Source: Octopus vulgaris (lineage: Eukaryota). From it: a stretch of 64,000 bases of DNA. Shown piece by piece: positions 38,382 to 51,295 of this stretch (positions within the stretch are counted from its first letter, which is position 1; every line of letters begins with the position of its first letter). The notes beneath the pieces are model-generated. The model had not been told where the DNA came from. It was given only the letters and a program-made list of their open reading frames with translations, and ran no database searches. The stretch spans positions 79,298,001 to 79,362,000 of the forward strand of contig OX597825.1 in NCBI GenBank assembly GCA_951406725.2, read 5' to 3'. The position numbers and the translations under genes are program-made.

Positions 38382-41008
38382 TATATATAAACTGTATTGT
38401 GTGACTTGAGGGATATTTAGCTTCTGTTTCTCACAGGTCAAGCAATTACGTTGAGTTCTAAATGTTATTCTTTTCGGGTGGAGATTGGAAGCGAGATAGG
38501 GTTAATTAGATTTGTGACAACAGCAAACAATAAGATTGGAGTTAACCTCAGTAAACACACATCCATAAAATAGCCGTAACCGGCATGTTTTGACTTTTAT
38601 CTCTGGTTATCATCACAAAAGTATTATCTCCGCTAGCTTTTATTTTATTTTATTATTTTTTTTCTATATGAACTGAAGTCTAGACGTGAGATTAGTGCAG
38701 TAATTAATCACTCTTTGTCTTTTCCTACCTCTAACTACTCCGTCTCCAAAACAAACCAACGAGAAGGCCTCATCATGGTCACTTGTCATGCTAGAAATAG
38801 CAGTAAAAATCTTCAGAAAAGGACACGTCAATTAATGTAATATTGGGTTCCCTGAGAACATACACACAAAGCAAAGGAGAAAAAAAGGGATATTTTCAAT
38901 CTGTGTGACACATTCAACCAATATCCGAAGTTTCAAACTGTTTAGTGACTGAGATTGAAAAGATCCCCCCACCCAAAATACATGATGATCACAACTAGAA
39001 GGCCTTTCATCACAACTTTGCTCCATTGGAGCTGACCTAGGGTTAAAGAACAGAAACAACGACAGCATTATTAATTGTTTCTAAATATGGAACAAGGGCA
39101 GCGATTTTGAGGGAAGAGGATGAGTCCCCAGTTTTTGATACGTACTTTATTTTGTCAACCCCGGAAGGATGAAAGGCAAAGTTGACTGCGGCGAAATTTG
39201 AACTCAGAAAGTAAAGAAATGGAGAGAGCGTTTTTCTTGTCTCTCTACGACCCTTCCCGGACAAAGCAATGCAATAGGAACCCCTTGCACGCATAACCAG
39301 AACATCCCTTTGATACACTCTCAAGAAGACGGGATGAATATGGTCGGAATGGCTTTGATCAAAGCTCCTTTGTCCATATTAGATAATGCAGACGTTTAAG
39401 AAGACTGGACGGTAACGGCTGGAACACCTTTGATCAAAAATAAGTCTTTTCCACTTGAACTAACTAAGGAGCAAAACAATAACAACAAATAGCCTTGAAA
39501 TGTCGGTGAGAAGGCCTTGCAGTATTTGACTCTTTGAGCTCTCTGGGTCCAACTTTGCGTTTCATTTGTAAGTAGCCGTTCAGGGTGGTGGAACTGTTGG
39601 AGAATCCAGCAAGATACGTCACTATATCTTTTCTAGTTCTTTCCCATCTGACAGCAAGATCTCTGTTGACACTGGTGCCAAATTCTGTCTGTCCAAGCAT
39701 TTCGATGAGAAAAGCCCCTAACAATAAAACATTTACTCCTGTTTGCACTTCGGAGAGGTAACCAGAAAAGTAGGCTCCAAGATGCAGGCTGGAGCAAGTT
39801 TTATTTCCGTGGAAATGCAATGGTCGATAAAGCCAGACATACAGTAAGCCCACTGGAAATAAATAAATAAATTGTAAAAGCAAAAATGAAATAGGTTACA
39901 CCATTTTCAAAATGTGGAGTAGAGGGAAAGTAGTAAACTTCTAAAATTCTTGGCTTAAAATTAAATAGGTCTAAGTGCTTGTAACTTTTTTTATTATTAA
40001 TTTCTATAAAAATTTTTTTTTAATGATTGGGGTTTTCGTCATCAGCATGCAAAATTACTGAAAATCTACATAAGAAAAAAATAAGGCGGTGAAAATTTAA
40101 GGGGTTGGAAGAAATCGAACAAGATCCGGAATTAGCACAGAAAGAATGTGTGAATTGAAGGAGATTTGCCTGCTATCTCTAGCAGGTCAGGATTAGGACA
40201 GAAAGACAGAAAAAAGAAGAATAGTGTAGCAGAGTATAGCATAGTTGATGAAACCCAGGTCAGCTGCAATCGAGCATATCTATAAACAAAGACATTCCAA
40301 CTATGACCACATTATCCAATGTGCCCTTTATCTTTAAGACGGCAGGATGTGATATGAGGGAGCTAGTTATAGCAGGTCGAGATTAGGACAGAAAGATGGA
40401 CAGACAGAAATAGAACATAGGTTAATGGAAGTTTATGATGATGACGAACCGGCCAAGTACCCCATATAAAGATAATCAAACCCCAGACAAATCCCTAAAA
40501 TAACACACAGGACTCGAACAGGTGAATTGATTAAGGGTAAGGTTTAGGGAGCCACAACTACAGGTTGGTGTCTTACCAATTTTGTTTCTTCATACCTATG
40601 AAATACGCATATTTTAGAATGAAATTTTGCAGAGGTAGGCTTTCGAAAATGTCAATTACGATTATGGTAATAAAATTAAAAAAAAAAAATTTTTTTTTGG
40701 AGGTGTTTCAGATCTTTGCCCTCCACCGTCCTGGCCTCATTTTTTTTGCAACTCTCTATAAAATGCTTATTTTAAAATGACACTTTGCAGAAATATGTCT
40801 TCGAAAGTGTAGTGTAAATTACGTAATGTTGACGTTTCAAGCATAAAAATCTGGAAAAAAAAACTAAAAGGGAAAAATGCTGAAGTTACAGAAACTAATG
40901 GTAACAAAATCGGAGCAAGAAGATGTTGGGCAGGGAAAGAACGATTCAAGATTGCTCCACCATCCCTCTAAAATTTTGTTTATCAAATTTTATCAACATA
41001 ATTGTAAT

Positions 41009-41451
41009 CAGCGCTGGATTAATCCCTGAGCAAAAATAAGCACGTGCTTAGGACATCAAGGGAAGTAGGAGGGGGAGGGGGGCATAAAGAAATGGTAAAT
41101 GGCTCACGGCATTAAAGAAATCACTTTAAAACCTCTTAAAATGATATATTCGGGATGCCTTATCTCGACTAAGTATAGAAGCAGATGTGTTACATAAGAT
41201 TAATTTTGAGGATTTGAGCAAAGACTTTGCAACTAAAAAAAAAAAAAATTGTGGGAGAAAACTTTTCAAATATAAATAAAGTGGAACTCAACAAAAAACA
41301 AACATTATATTGTCTTAGTTTTGTTTCGTTTAGAAAAAACAAAAAAAATTATGGTTTATTATTGTTATATTTTGAATTACATCTAATGGGGCGGGTGGGG
41401 ACTAAAATCTTATAAGTACTTAGGGCCTCTGTGGGCTTTAATCCAGCCCTG
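41009..41451. mobile_element. hAT-like MITE nested in a larger MITE
   Basis: TIRs cagcgctggattaa / ttaatccagccctg; 8-bp target duplication attgtaat / actgtaat. Confidence 0.8.
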
Positions 41452-41605
41452 ACTGTAATCTACACTTTCGAAAATGTGTCAGCAAAATTTACTTAAAAAA
41501 AAATGTCAATTCATTTGGAAACTTTAGAGGAATCAAAGTCGGCAGGGGCCCTAATGTGTACATAGATCCTTTAGGGTTAGGGTTTTTGGATACATATATA
41601 TCTCA

Positions 41606-41659
<54 letters not shown>

Positions 41660-41942
41660 CGATTTACGTCGTTTCGAGTTACGTCTTCTTCGATCTTACA
41701 TCGTTTTTTAAAAAAGAAATTAATGGGGTTGGGGGAATAGGGGAATAAACCTCAACTTCAGTCGATTTATCTGAATTTACATCAGTTTTAACTAACATAT
41801 TTAAAAGATGAACTATAAAAGTACACCCAACACCCAATACTGAAGTAGAAAGATCATATAAAATACATACGAAGATATGTACAAACCATTTATTAAATGA
41901 GATATAAGCTAATGGATTTTAAAAAATGGGGTTTTCATGCTA

Positions 41943-42166
41943 CAAGTGGGTGCTAAAAAGTTCCTGACTTTAAGGGTGTCGCGAAAGGCTTGGTTGGATG
42001 CGCACCTTCCGAGTACTTTTACAGGGCTTAGAAAAATTGAAGGACCGCTGCAATAAGCGTGAGAACCTGAGAGAGGAATATGTTACAAAAAAAAAAAAAA
42101 TCATAATTAACTGAGCCTCCTGTATTTTCTTTTACCTAAATCCGGGAACTTTTCAGCACCTTCTTG
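41943..42166. mobile_element. Mariner-derived MITE (same family as 1668-1893)
   Basis: TA-caagtgggtgctaaaaagttcc ... ggaacttttcagcaccttcttg-TA. Confidence 0.8.
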
Positions 42167-42204
42167 TACATATGTATGTTCGTATGTATGTATGTATGTA
42201 TGTA

Positions 42205-42269
<65 letters not shown>

Positions 42270-43017
42270 ATGGATGGATGGATGGATGGATGGATTGGAT
42301 TGGATTGGATTACATTACATTACATTACATTACAATATACGTAATTGTATTCTACATTCATTAATCTAATGTTTCAGTAACAATGCCGTAATGCATGAAA
42401 TTTACGACTACTGATATAAGTAACTAAAGAGCTTTAAAAGATTATTGAAAAGGCGCTAATTTTGAAAAAAAGAATGCGCTTGTTGGAGAATGGTCGTTCG
42501 CTTTTATCCCTAATTAGCTGAGCCATTGAACTGTAAGTATTGCTAATAGTGGTGATGGGAGGTGGGGGGACAACAGTTTAGGGACCGCTGTATAAACTTA
42601 TATGGGGGACCCGTGGGTGGGGTAGCAAGCTCAAGGGCTGCCCCGAGCGGTACACGTCATAGCTACATCACTGAAAGGGAACCGTAAGAAACTCTGAAAA
42701 CTCCCGGGTCATCTTGATGTTTTTTGCTATCTTTATAAACTGTAGTTGTTATTTAGTCTCAGATCATCTCTGATAGAACAAAACTCATAATCAAATGTAG
42801 AACCAACCATGACCACCACCTTGTTTTGGCGGAGTTTTGAAACAGTCGCCCTTCGAAGGACTGAATTAATATACTGCAGGGGTATAGGTGTGTTTGTGTG
42901 TCAGTGTGTGTGTGTGTGTGTGTGCGTATTCATCATGTTGAACCGTTAATCTTTACACATTCTCTCTCTCTCTCTCTCTCTTTTTGTTTTTGTTCTCTCT
43001 TCATTTTTTCCTCTCAA

Positions 43018-43056
43018 CCCTTTCTGTCGAGGTTCGTAGCCTCGAAATGTCAAAGG
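43018..43056 (+). ncRNA. Minimal hammerhead-like variant in a Penelope-like end (~42990-43145)
   Basis: CCUUU CUGUCGA GG-UUCGUAG-CC-UC GAAA UG UC AAAGG; shares downstream ttcc.gagcgtc.aa with the 23381 element and ends in (TA)n. Confidence 0.5.
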
Positions 43057-43239
43057 CTTTTCCATTCTTCCCGAGCGTCAAACCAACACACCAATGTATT
43101 GTTCCCTCGCTTGTCTTCGTCTTTTGTTTTGAGTAAATTTGAACTATATATATATATATATATATATGGTGGTTGTCCACCTCTTGTACCTACACCTTAC
43201 AGCCATCATGGTTATGGCATCTAATGTGGCTTCTTAAAC

Positions 43240-43800
43240 CAGACAATGTATAGAAAAGACACCAACATAGATTGCGTATCCGATTTGGACCACCAAGATA
43301 AGTTCTGATCTTAATGAATCTTAAAATGTATTTGGAGGCCTCCTTTAGATTTTGCAAACCTTATTGGTATACACGGTATTGAAAGATGTGCACAGATATA
43401 TAGGTAGAATAGTTGGTGGAGGTTCGTTTTCCATGGGTCCTTAAATAAGAGATTGAGCCCAACAAAAGAAAAGCCCGGTCTGTCACAAACTGAGGTCACT
43501 GAGATTCACCTTCTCGATCGCAACATCCTTCTTTAAGTCTCCCCTCAAACGCTTTCATTTCACTTCACACTTCTGTTCGCCATCCAGCTCGATCCGAAGC
43601 AAAGGTGTCTATGGCCTTTGGATCCATTCCAAGTGATTTCATGTTAGACCTTATGCCGTCCTTAAACCTCTTTTAAGGTTTACACCGATTGCGTTTCCCC
43701 TCTGCAAGCTCACCATAAAACAGCTGCTTGAGTGTGCATTCATCCGCCATTCGAACAATATGGCCAGACCGCCTCATTTGGTTTTTCAGAATCATTGATT
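43240..43800 (-). mobile_element. RTE (BovB-like) LINE C-terminal fragment
   Basis: Minus translation GHIVRMADE..LKQLFYGELAEGKRN..KRFKD..LGMDP..ASDRAGWR. Confidence 0.8.
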
Positions 43801-46511
43801 ATATATATATATATTCATAGATTACACCTTAACACAAATCTATCATCGTTAGTAAAAAGTTTAAATAGCTATAAGGTGACAAAGTAAAATTAGAAGATGA
43901 TTTATTCACCAACTAAAATAATCAACTCGTTTATATATTTGGAGAAGCCTGTGGCTGAAAAATGTTCTAAATTCTTAAGAAAACAAGCCAACAGCAAAGT
44001 ATGCAGTTTTATGGAACAATGTACACAGTACTGTAAATATTGGTTTCAAATTTTGGCACAAGGCCGGCATTTTCGGAGGATGGGTTGAGTCGATTACATT
44101 GGAAAGATCGGCCGTAATGGATATGTACACTTCAGGTAATATGAGTGTCTATCTATGTTTGTATTTGTCCACCACTACCACCACCACCGCTTGACAACTG
44201 AACCTGGTGAGTTTACGTCCCTGATACTTAGCGGTTCGGCAAAAAGTAGTCGATAGAATGAGTACCAGGTTTAAAAAAATAATAAGTACCAGTCGATTTG
44301 TTCCACCGAATCCAACAGGGTCGCTGTCCAATTAGTGAAACAAATAAAAGATGATTTTTTTGAGTTCCTTTCGTTAGAGGCAGATGGATTAATGAAAATC
44401 TTTCCCTGTGAAGATCATCTTGTTCTTTTTCTTCCGTAAAGAAATACCGATTTAACAGCATTGTTGATGTTTTGGAATCCTTTGGTTATAGCATTGAACG
44501 TTTCTTCTTTTTACATGATTTTAAGTTTAGGCACAAGGCCACTAGGTTTAACCCGTTCAACCCGGAATTTTTTGTCAAGTCGGTAATGGCGGCGGGGTTT
44601 GTACGCACGCGATCCTTTTGTGCTATCATCATAGTGTCATACGCTCCATCATACGTCTGGCGTTACATACTTACCAGAAAAACCGCAGCGGTACTATACT
44701 GCATCACACAGAATGAGAATTTTAAAGATTTGGGTTGTAAAATTTTTGACTGGTACAAATATGTACCAGCCGGACCGAAAGGGTTAAGGGAAGGAAATTA
44801 GTTGACACCATCGATTTCAGTATTTTACGGGGTATCTTGTTTCATCGCCCCTCGAAAAGATGAAAGGTAACGTTGGCCTTGGCTGGATTTGAACTCAAAA
44901 AGGTGAAGCCCCCCTCCCATCCCCAATACTGCATAGGGAATTTTTTCTGGGCATTTTAACCATTCTGCTAACTCGTCACAGAGGACAATACTTTTATATG
45001 TGATGTGAATATAAAATATCTTGTATCTTTTATTGGTTTCAGTCATTGGACTGCGGCCATGCTGGGGTACCACTTTGAAGAATTTTAGTCGGACGAATCG
45101 ATCCCTGGACTTACTTTTTTTTTAAAGCCTGGTACTTATTCTGTCAGTCTCTTCGCCGAACCACTAAGTTACCCAGACGTTAACAAACCAACACCGGTTA
45201 TCAAGCGGTGGTGGGACACACACACACGACGGGCTTCCGTCAATTGCTGTCTATCAAACTCCCTCTCAAGCCTTTCGGTTGGCCCTGAGTTATAGAAAAT
45301 ACTTGCCCAAGGTGCTACGCTGTGGAATTGAGTTCGAAACAATGTGGTTTAAACAGATATCGAACCAGGAAATGAATTCCAATCTTGACTATTCGAATAA
45401 TGGCCAATGTTGCATTAAAATCAACTTTGCAGAATGTAAACGAGATATTTTTTTACAAGTATGTGTATTGCAATTATCATTGAGAGTCTGACTCAAGTTG
45501 TCAGAAGTTGTTAAACGAAAGAACCTGTAACCCACTAGGATTACAAAACATAAATCCGTCTCCGGGTATAACGTATAATAAAGAAGGCACAACTACACAT
45601 TGGTGCCCTAATTTACCGAATTTGTTTCGCCGTAACTTTCTGAAAAAATACATATATTTAAATAACAGTTAGCATTTTCGAGAGTGTAGATTACGTAAGG
45701 TTTGATGTAGGAAACATACGATTCTAAGAAAAAAAAGTGAAATTATTTGTAACAAAGTTTCAGTTGTGGGAAGAAATATTTGAAACTTCTCAAAAAAATG
45801 TTTAATTTTCTAAATTTTATTAAGATATCTATAATCTACATTCTTGAAAGTATATTTTCTTAAAATTTTGTTGTAAAATAAATTGCATCTTACAAACTTA
45901 CAAGAAAGAAAGATACGGAGCACTAAAGTGTAGGTATGCCCGGTATATTACGATTCTGTAGAGTTTATAGTACTGCATAATATAGTATGATATAGTGTAA
46001 TATAGAATATAATATAGTATAGAAGTGAAAATATGGTGTTGTATAGTTTATAAAGATACGGAAGAAAGAGCAAAGGAGAATTTAGTAGCAGAAGAAGGCA
46101 ATAATTCTTGTGATCCACACCAACAAATACACCGTTCATTTGTTTACTTGGTTGCTCCCTCACGTCACCAGAAACACTCACACGCATACACACACACACT
46201 GACGCACACATATATCTATACATACACACACACCTCTAAATAAAGACAGATACATGTGTATGCAGAGGGGGGAGAGAGGGAGAGGGAGAGAGAGAGAGAG
46301 AGCTAAAGACGAAGAGAGAGAGGGGCATATATTCGGCGATAGGGAGGAGGGAGAGAGAGTGTGTACATGTATATATATATATATATGTATCTATATATAT
46401 ATAAATGTATGTATGTTTGGGAAGCCAGGTGTCGTATGTGAGAGAGAGAGAGAGAGAGGGAAAGAATGTGTAGATTAATTGTGTAGATTTACTGTCAGTG
46501 TTCTTGTTAAG

Positions 46512-46559
46512 ATGGCGACTGAAGGTGGTGGTAATAACTTTGGATATGAACAGACCCTG
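46512..46559 (+). CDS. Probable first coding exon of an unidentified gene (MATEGGGNNFGYEQTL)
   Basis: AAGATGGCG start context, 16 open codons and a consensus donor CTG|gtaagt (phase 0); lies in the CpG-retaining zone downstream of GA-rich tracts. Downstream exons were not securely found. Confidence 0.6.
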
Positions 46560-46791
46560 GTAAGTTGGAGAACTTTCTATTCATATATATATATATTGGA
46601 CAGATCTATATATATGTGTGTGTGTGAGTACGTGTGGATGTGGATATATATATACTGATATATATATAGTGTATGTGTATATTTATATACATATATACTG
46701 TGTGTGTATATATATATATATTTGTATATATATATATATTGGACAGATCTATATGTATGTGTGTGGGTGAGTACCTGTGGATATACACTGA

Positions 46792-46836
<45 letters not shown>

Positions 46837-47053
46837 TGTGTGTATATATATATAGTGTGTATGTGTATATTTATATACATATATACTGTGTATATATTTG
46901 TATATATATGTGTATATATATACTGTGATCGTACGTAAAATAAACTGACAAATACTTATATACACCACATATGTGTGTGTGTGTGTGTAAAGGAATTGAT
47001 ATATAAATATATATCAATTCGTTTATATATATATATATATATATATATATCAA

Positions 47054-47136
<83 letters not shown>

Positions 47137-49851
47137 ACATACATACACGTTTTTGTATATTTGAAATGCCCCTAATTGAATGAAAACCAGTGAAAGATAT
47201 ATATGATTGTATTTATGTTTATTTTCGATAAAGTTTCGATTCATTCCTTCTTCCCGATCACAAGAAACTTTTGTGTTTTTAATCAGGTTTTTAACTTCAA
47301 AGCTGCTCTCATTTAATAACTTTTATATACCAATGTGTACGTATGTTTGTATATGTTTGTTTAGCCCCCCAAAAGAGTTTTAATCAAGGAAACACGTAAG
47401 ATCAAAGATGTCTCAACCGTGACCAATCCATCTAGTACTCCTCCAGACTATCCGATGTGATCTTTCAGTGATTTGACAGAGATTTGGCTGCTATTTCTGC
47501 AGACGGGTGCAGGCACCTTTGGTGGTCCGGTCTGTGTGTGTGTATATATGTATATATATATATATATGTATGTATTTATAGTATTGGACGCGCACATGTG
47601 AATGTGTGTATATATATTATAAATAGAAATGGACACGTGTGTACACGCATGTATATACATTGTACGCGTAGCGTATGTATATGCATTTATGCGTATATGT
47701 GTATATACAAACCCGTATATACACTTATGAGTGGACACGATTTGTGTTCACATGTGTTATACAGGATGTGTGTGTATATATATATATATATACACACGTA
47801 GATATACAAATGGGTGAGCGTGTATGTGTGTGTGCGCGTTGTGTTATGTAGTTTCAGGAAGTCTGTAGAACGAAACATCACAAGATCTAATCGATGTCTC
47901 TGTGAACTGATTTATTTAATGTTGGGGTGGTTGGTGGTTGGTGGTGATGCAGCCACCTCTGACATCCTCACCTCTCAACTAACTCCTTTCTAATCCCTGT
48001 TAAGCCAGGGTACCTGACTTATTATCATCGTTGTTGTGTCTACAATCACCGGTTGGCAGCTGTTACTGGTCGTTAGATCGCTCACATACTTCACCGACTT
48101 TCTAAGGTGTCGTTCATGGAAGAGACGACAATCGTTTCTTCATTCACATTCTAGCTTTAAAAATAATCACATACATTCTGTGTTGTGTGTTTTATTTATA
48201 CGTTGTTTAGCCCCAGGTGTGTTCTGTTCGATCATATATTACATGATCAGTCTTTTCAGCCCTGTCTGTTTTTGTGTATTAGGGACTCAATTAAAAAATT
48301 TGGGGCTTGTTAAAAATGCAGTCAATTCATAATTTTCATTCTAGCTCAAAAATAATAATAAAATACACCCTTTGTTGTATGTATGTTGTTTAGCGCCTGG
48401 TTTGTTCTGATCGAACATATTTGTGATCACAGTCGTTCCAGCCTTGCCTACCTCTGTCTATTTGAGGCTAATTCATTTGGTGTATCCGTTGCTTTTAAAA
48501 AACATCGAGGTCTAGCTTCCTCTTCGTATGTGTTTATGTGGCATTTGTGGTGTGTGTCTAGCTACCATTGAGTAAAGTAAAAGAGTAAATAAAGTTTTCC
48601 GTCGGTTTCGACGATGATTAACAATTCCAGCTGTTCAATAAACTGCATTGGCTGTTCATTTAATTATTTAGTGGCTGAGTACTCCGCAGACCACTGTAAC
48701 CTTAGCGTAGTCTTTAGATAGAATCGACGTGACAAGATCGACCCTTATATGTACAGATCATCGAACGGGCTTCCACACAAGTTTCTGTGTACCCGATTTC
48801 ATTTAATAAGGCTTTGGTCGGCCCACGATCAATGGAAAATTTACTTGAAGACGTCACACCCTCGTGATTGCGAAGCGAACTTTTAAACCTCTCGTCTATG
48901 GCTTCTGCAATCTCTGTGTATGTGACGTGTGAATTTCTTTCCTTTTTTTCTGTTTGTTTGCTGTTGTTTTGTCCTAGAGAAAGTGGTTTCCCTTCCGGGA
49001 CCGGTCATATCGATGTGGTTAATGTTTTTCGTAAACACTTGGCACGTTGACAGCTGCCAGGAAAAACCATGGGCATCTGTGACGACATTGACTAACGTAT
49101 CCTGTTTTTAAGTAGTAGGGTGTGACTTGAAGGAGATTTGGCTATTGTTTCCAGCTGGTCGAGTTATTACGTAGAGACTTCCTTATAAGTTTAGAAGTTC
49201 GCTTTTTTTCGGTTTGATCTCACGGTACAGTTACGTTGGTGTCTTCATCTAATCCTTGCGTTGTGAATAGTGCTTGAGGCCGTGGTTGTTGCCCCAGTCG
49301 AGGGTTTGTTATATTATTCTATATGTAAGTGTATTTGGGTGTACAAACCAGAGAGAGAGAGAGAACCCTTTGCTCCATGGGTGGGGGTAAATTAATCGTT
49401 TGAAGCTGTTGATATCAACCCGACGTTATGTTCCTCCAGGCGACAGAAAAAATAATCATGTCACCCGAAGGAGCCAATACAGCGAGAAACATCAAAGAGA
49501 CGAGTAAATCGTTAGCTTTGACTGAAAATATATAGCCTAACTTAGTTGCTATTTATTGAACACTTTGTCAGTGTACACCTGAGGTTATACAAGCAAGAAT
49601 GTGATACGTTCAACGCATGTGTTTCATATATCACCATCATTGTTTTACCGTTCTCTTTCCCACGCTTGCATGGATCAAAGTAGACTCCTTGAGGCAGATT
49701 TCCCATGACCAGATGCCCTTCCTGTCGCCAACTTTTATCTGTTTCCAAGAAAGGTACTGTTTCTCCCAAAGTCGGACATATTTTAATGGAAGATTGGAAA
49801 CAAACGACACCACTTGTATGACGGTGCTGCTCGTTTATAAACATCTTGCAA

Positions 49852-50245
49852 TCTCTATATGTATAAAGCTGAAGCTGTCTGTGTATGGCAGGTTTGGTAG
49901 CTTTCAACAAGCACTGTCTCCTCCGAGACCCTGCGGCGCAAGTTGACCAAAATTGAGAGTATGATGGAAGAAGCCTTGCTCTTCCTTCCGTAGAAGAAAA
50001 AATTCAAATTGGACCATGTTAACACCAAAAATTATTTACATCAAAAACATGCTTTTTTTTCTATGAAAATCCCTATTTTTTTACGATTTTTTGACTGCTG
50101 TGTCGCCATTTTTTGGTGTATTTCAACCAGAAAAATGTTCACTTAAAGAGAATAACAAGCTACATAATGCAAAATTTTTACTTTTCAAAAATTCCAATTC
50201 TAAAGGGTCGAAACAAACCCGAGCAACGCCGGGCGATACTGCTAG
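49852..50245 (+). mobile_element. Non-autonomous Helitron
   Basis: A|TCTCTATAT ... CCCGAGCAACGCCGGGCGATACTGCTAG|T. Confidence 0.82.
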
Positions 50246-50550
50246 TATCAAGATAAAAGCAACACAAATACTCTTGCCCACCAAGGCTGTCCCTCTCCCC
50301 AACACATATCTACAATGGGTTTCTTAAAGTATCTATCTACCACATCCACTCAAAGATTTAGTCAGCCCTAGTCTCTAGCAGAAAACTCATGGCCAAGGTG
50401 TTGTCGGGCAGTGGCACTGAACCCAAAGTCGAATGCTTAGGAAGCAAACCACACGGCCTTGCCTGTGCCTAATATGTATATATGTGCATGCGTATGCAAG
50501 ACAAACTCCTAGTTTAATTTCAATAAATGACCATGTATAATGCCTATGTG

Positions 50551-50588
<38 letters not shown>

Positions 50589-51253
50589 CATGCACACAAT
50601 ACACAGTTTTACTATCTTGTGACAATCTTATCAGATTAATTAAAATACAAATTACATAAGCATCTCTCACACTCTCTCTTGTTATGTGTGTGTGATATGG
50701 TTATTACAAGTATTAATCTGGGACAGCAAAAACACCAGACTCTCTTAACTGGTAACAAAGAAACACCCACTCATACATATACCCACACACATGCACACGT
50801 ATATGACAGGCTTTTACAGTGTCCACCCAGAGAATTCATTTTGAAGGCATTGATCAACTTGGGGCTTTAGCAGAAAATACTTACCCAAGGCACTGTGCAG
50901 TGGGACTGAACTCAAAGCCATATGGTTTGCAAAGTGATCTTCTTAACCACTCAACCATGCTTTGTCCCTAAAGATATGTGGTTTGTACCTGTGTAGGTAG
51001 AATTAAAAAACAAAAACAAAAAAAAACTCTTTACTCTCTTTTACTCTTTTACTTGTTTCAGTCATTTGACTGTGGCCATGCTGGAACACTACCTTTAGTC
51101 AAGTAAATCGACCCCAGGATTTATTTTTTGTAAGCCTAGTACTTATTCTATTGAACTCTTTTGCCGAACTGCTAAGTTATGGGCACGTAAACACACCAGC
51201 ATCGGTTGTCAAGTGATGTTGGGGGAACAAACACAGACATACAAACACACACG

Positions 51254-51295
<42 letters not shown>

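Noticed and set aside
41571-41582. TTAGGG telomeric repeat
   Set aside because: Only two units, at the edge of a MITE; not an interstitial telomere array.
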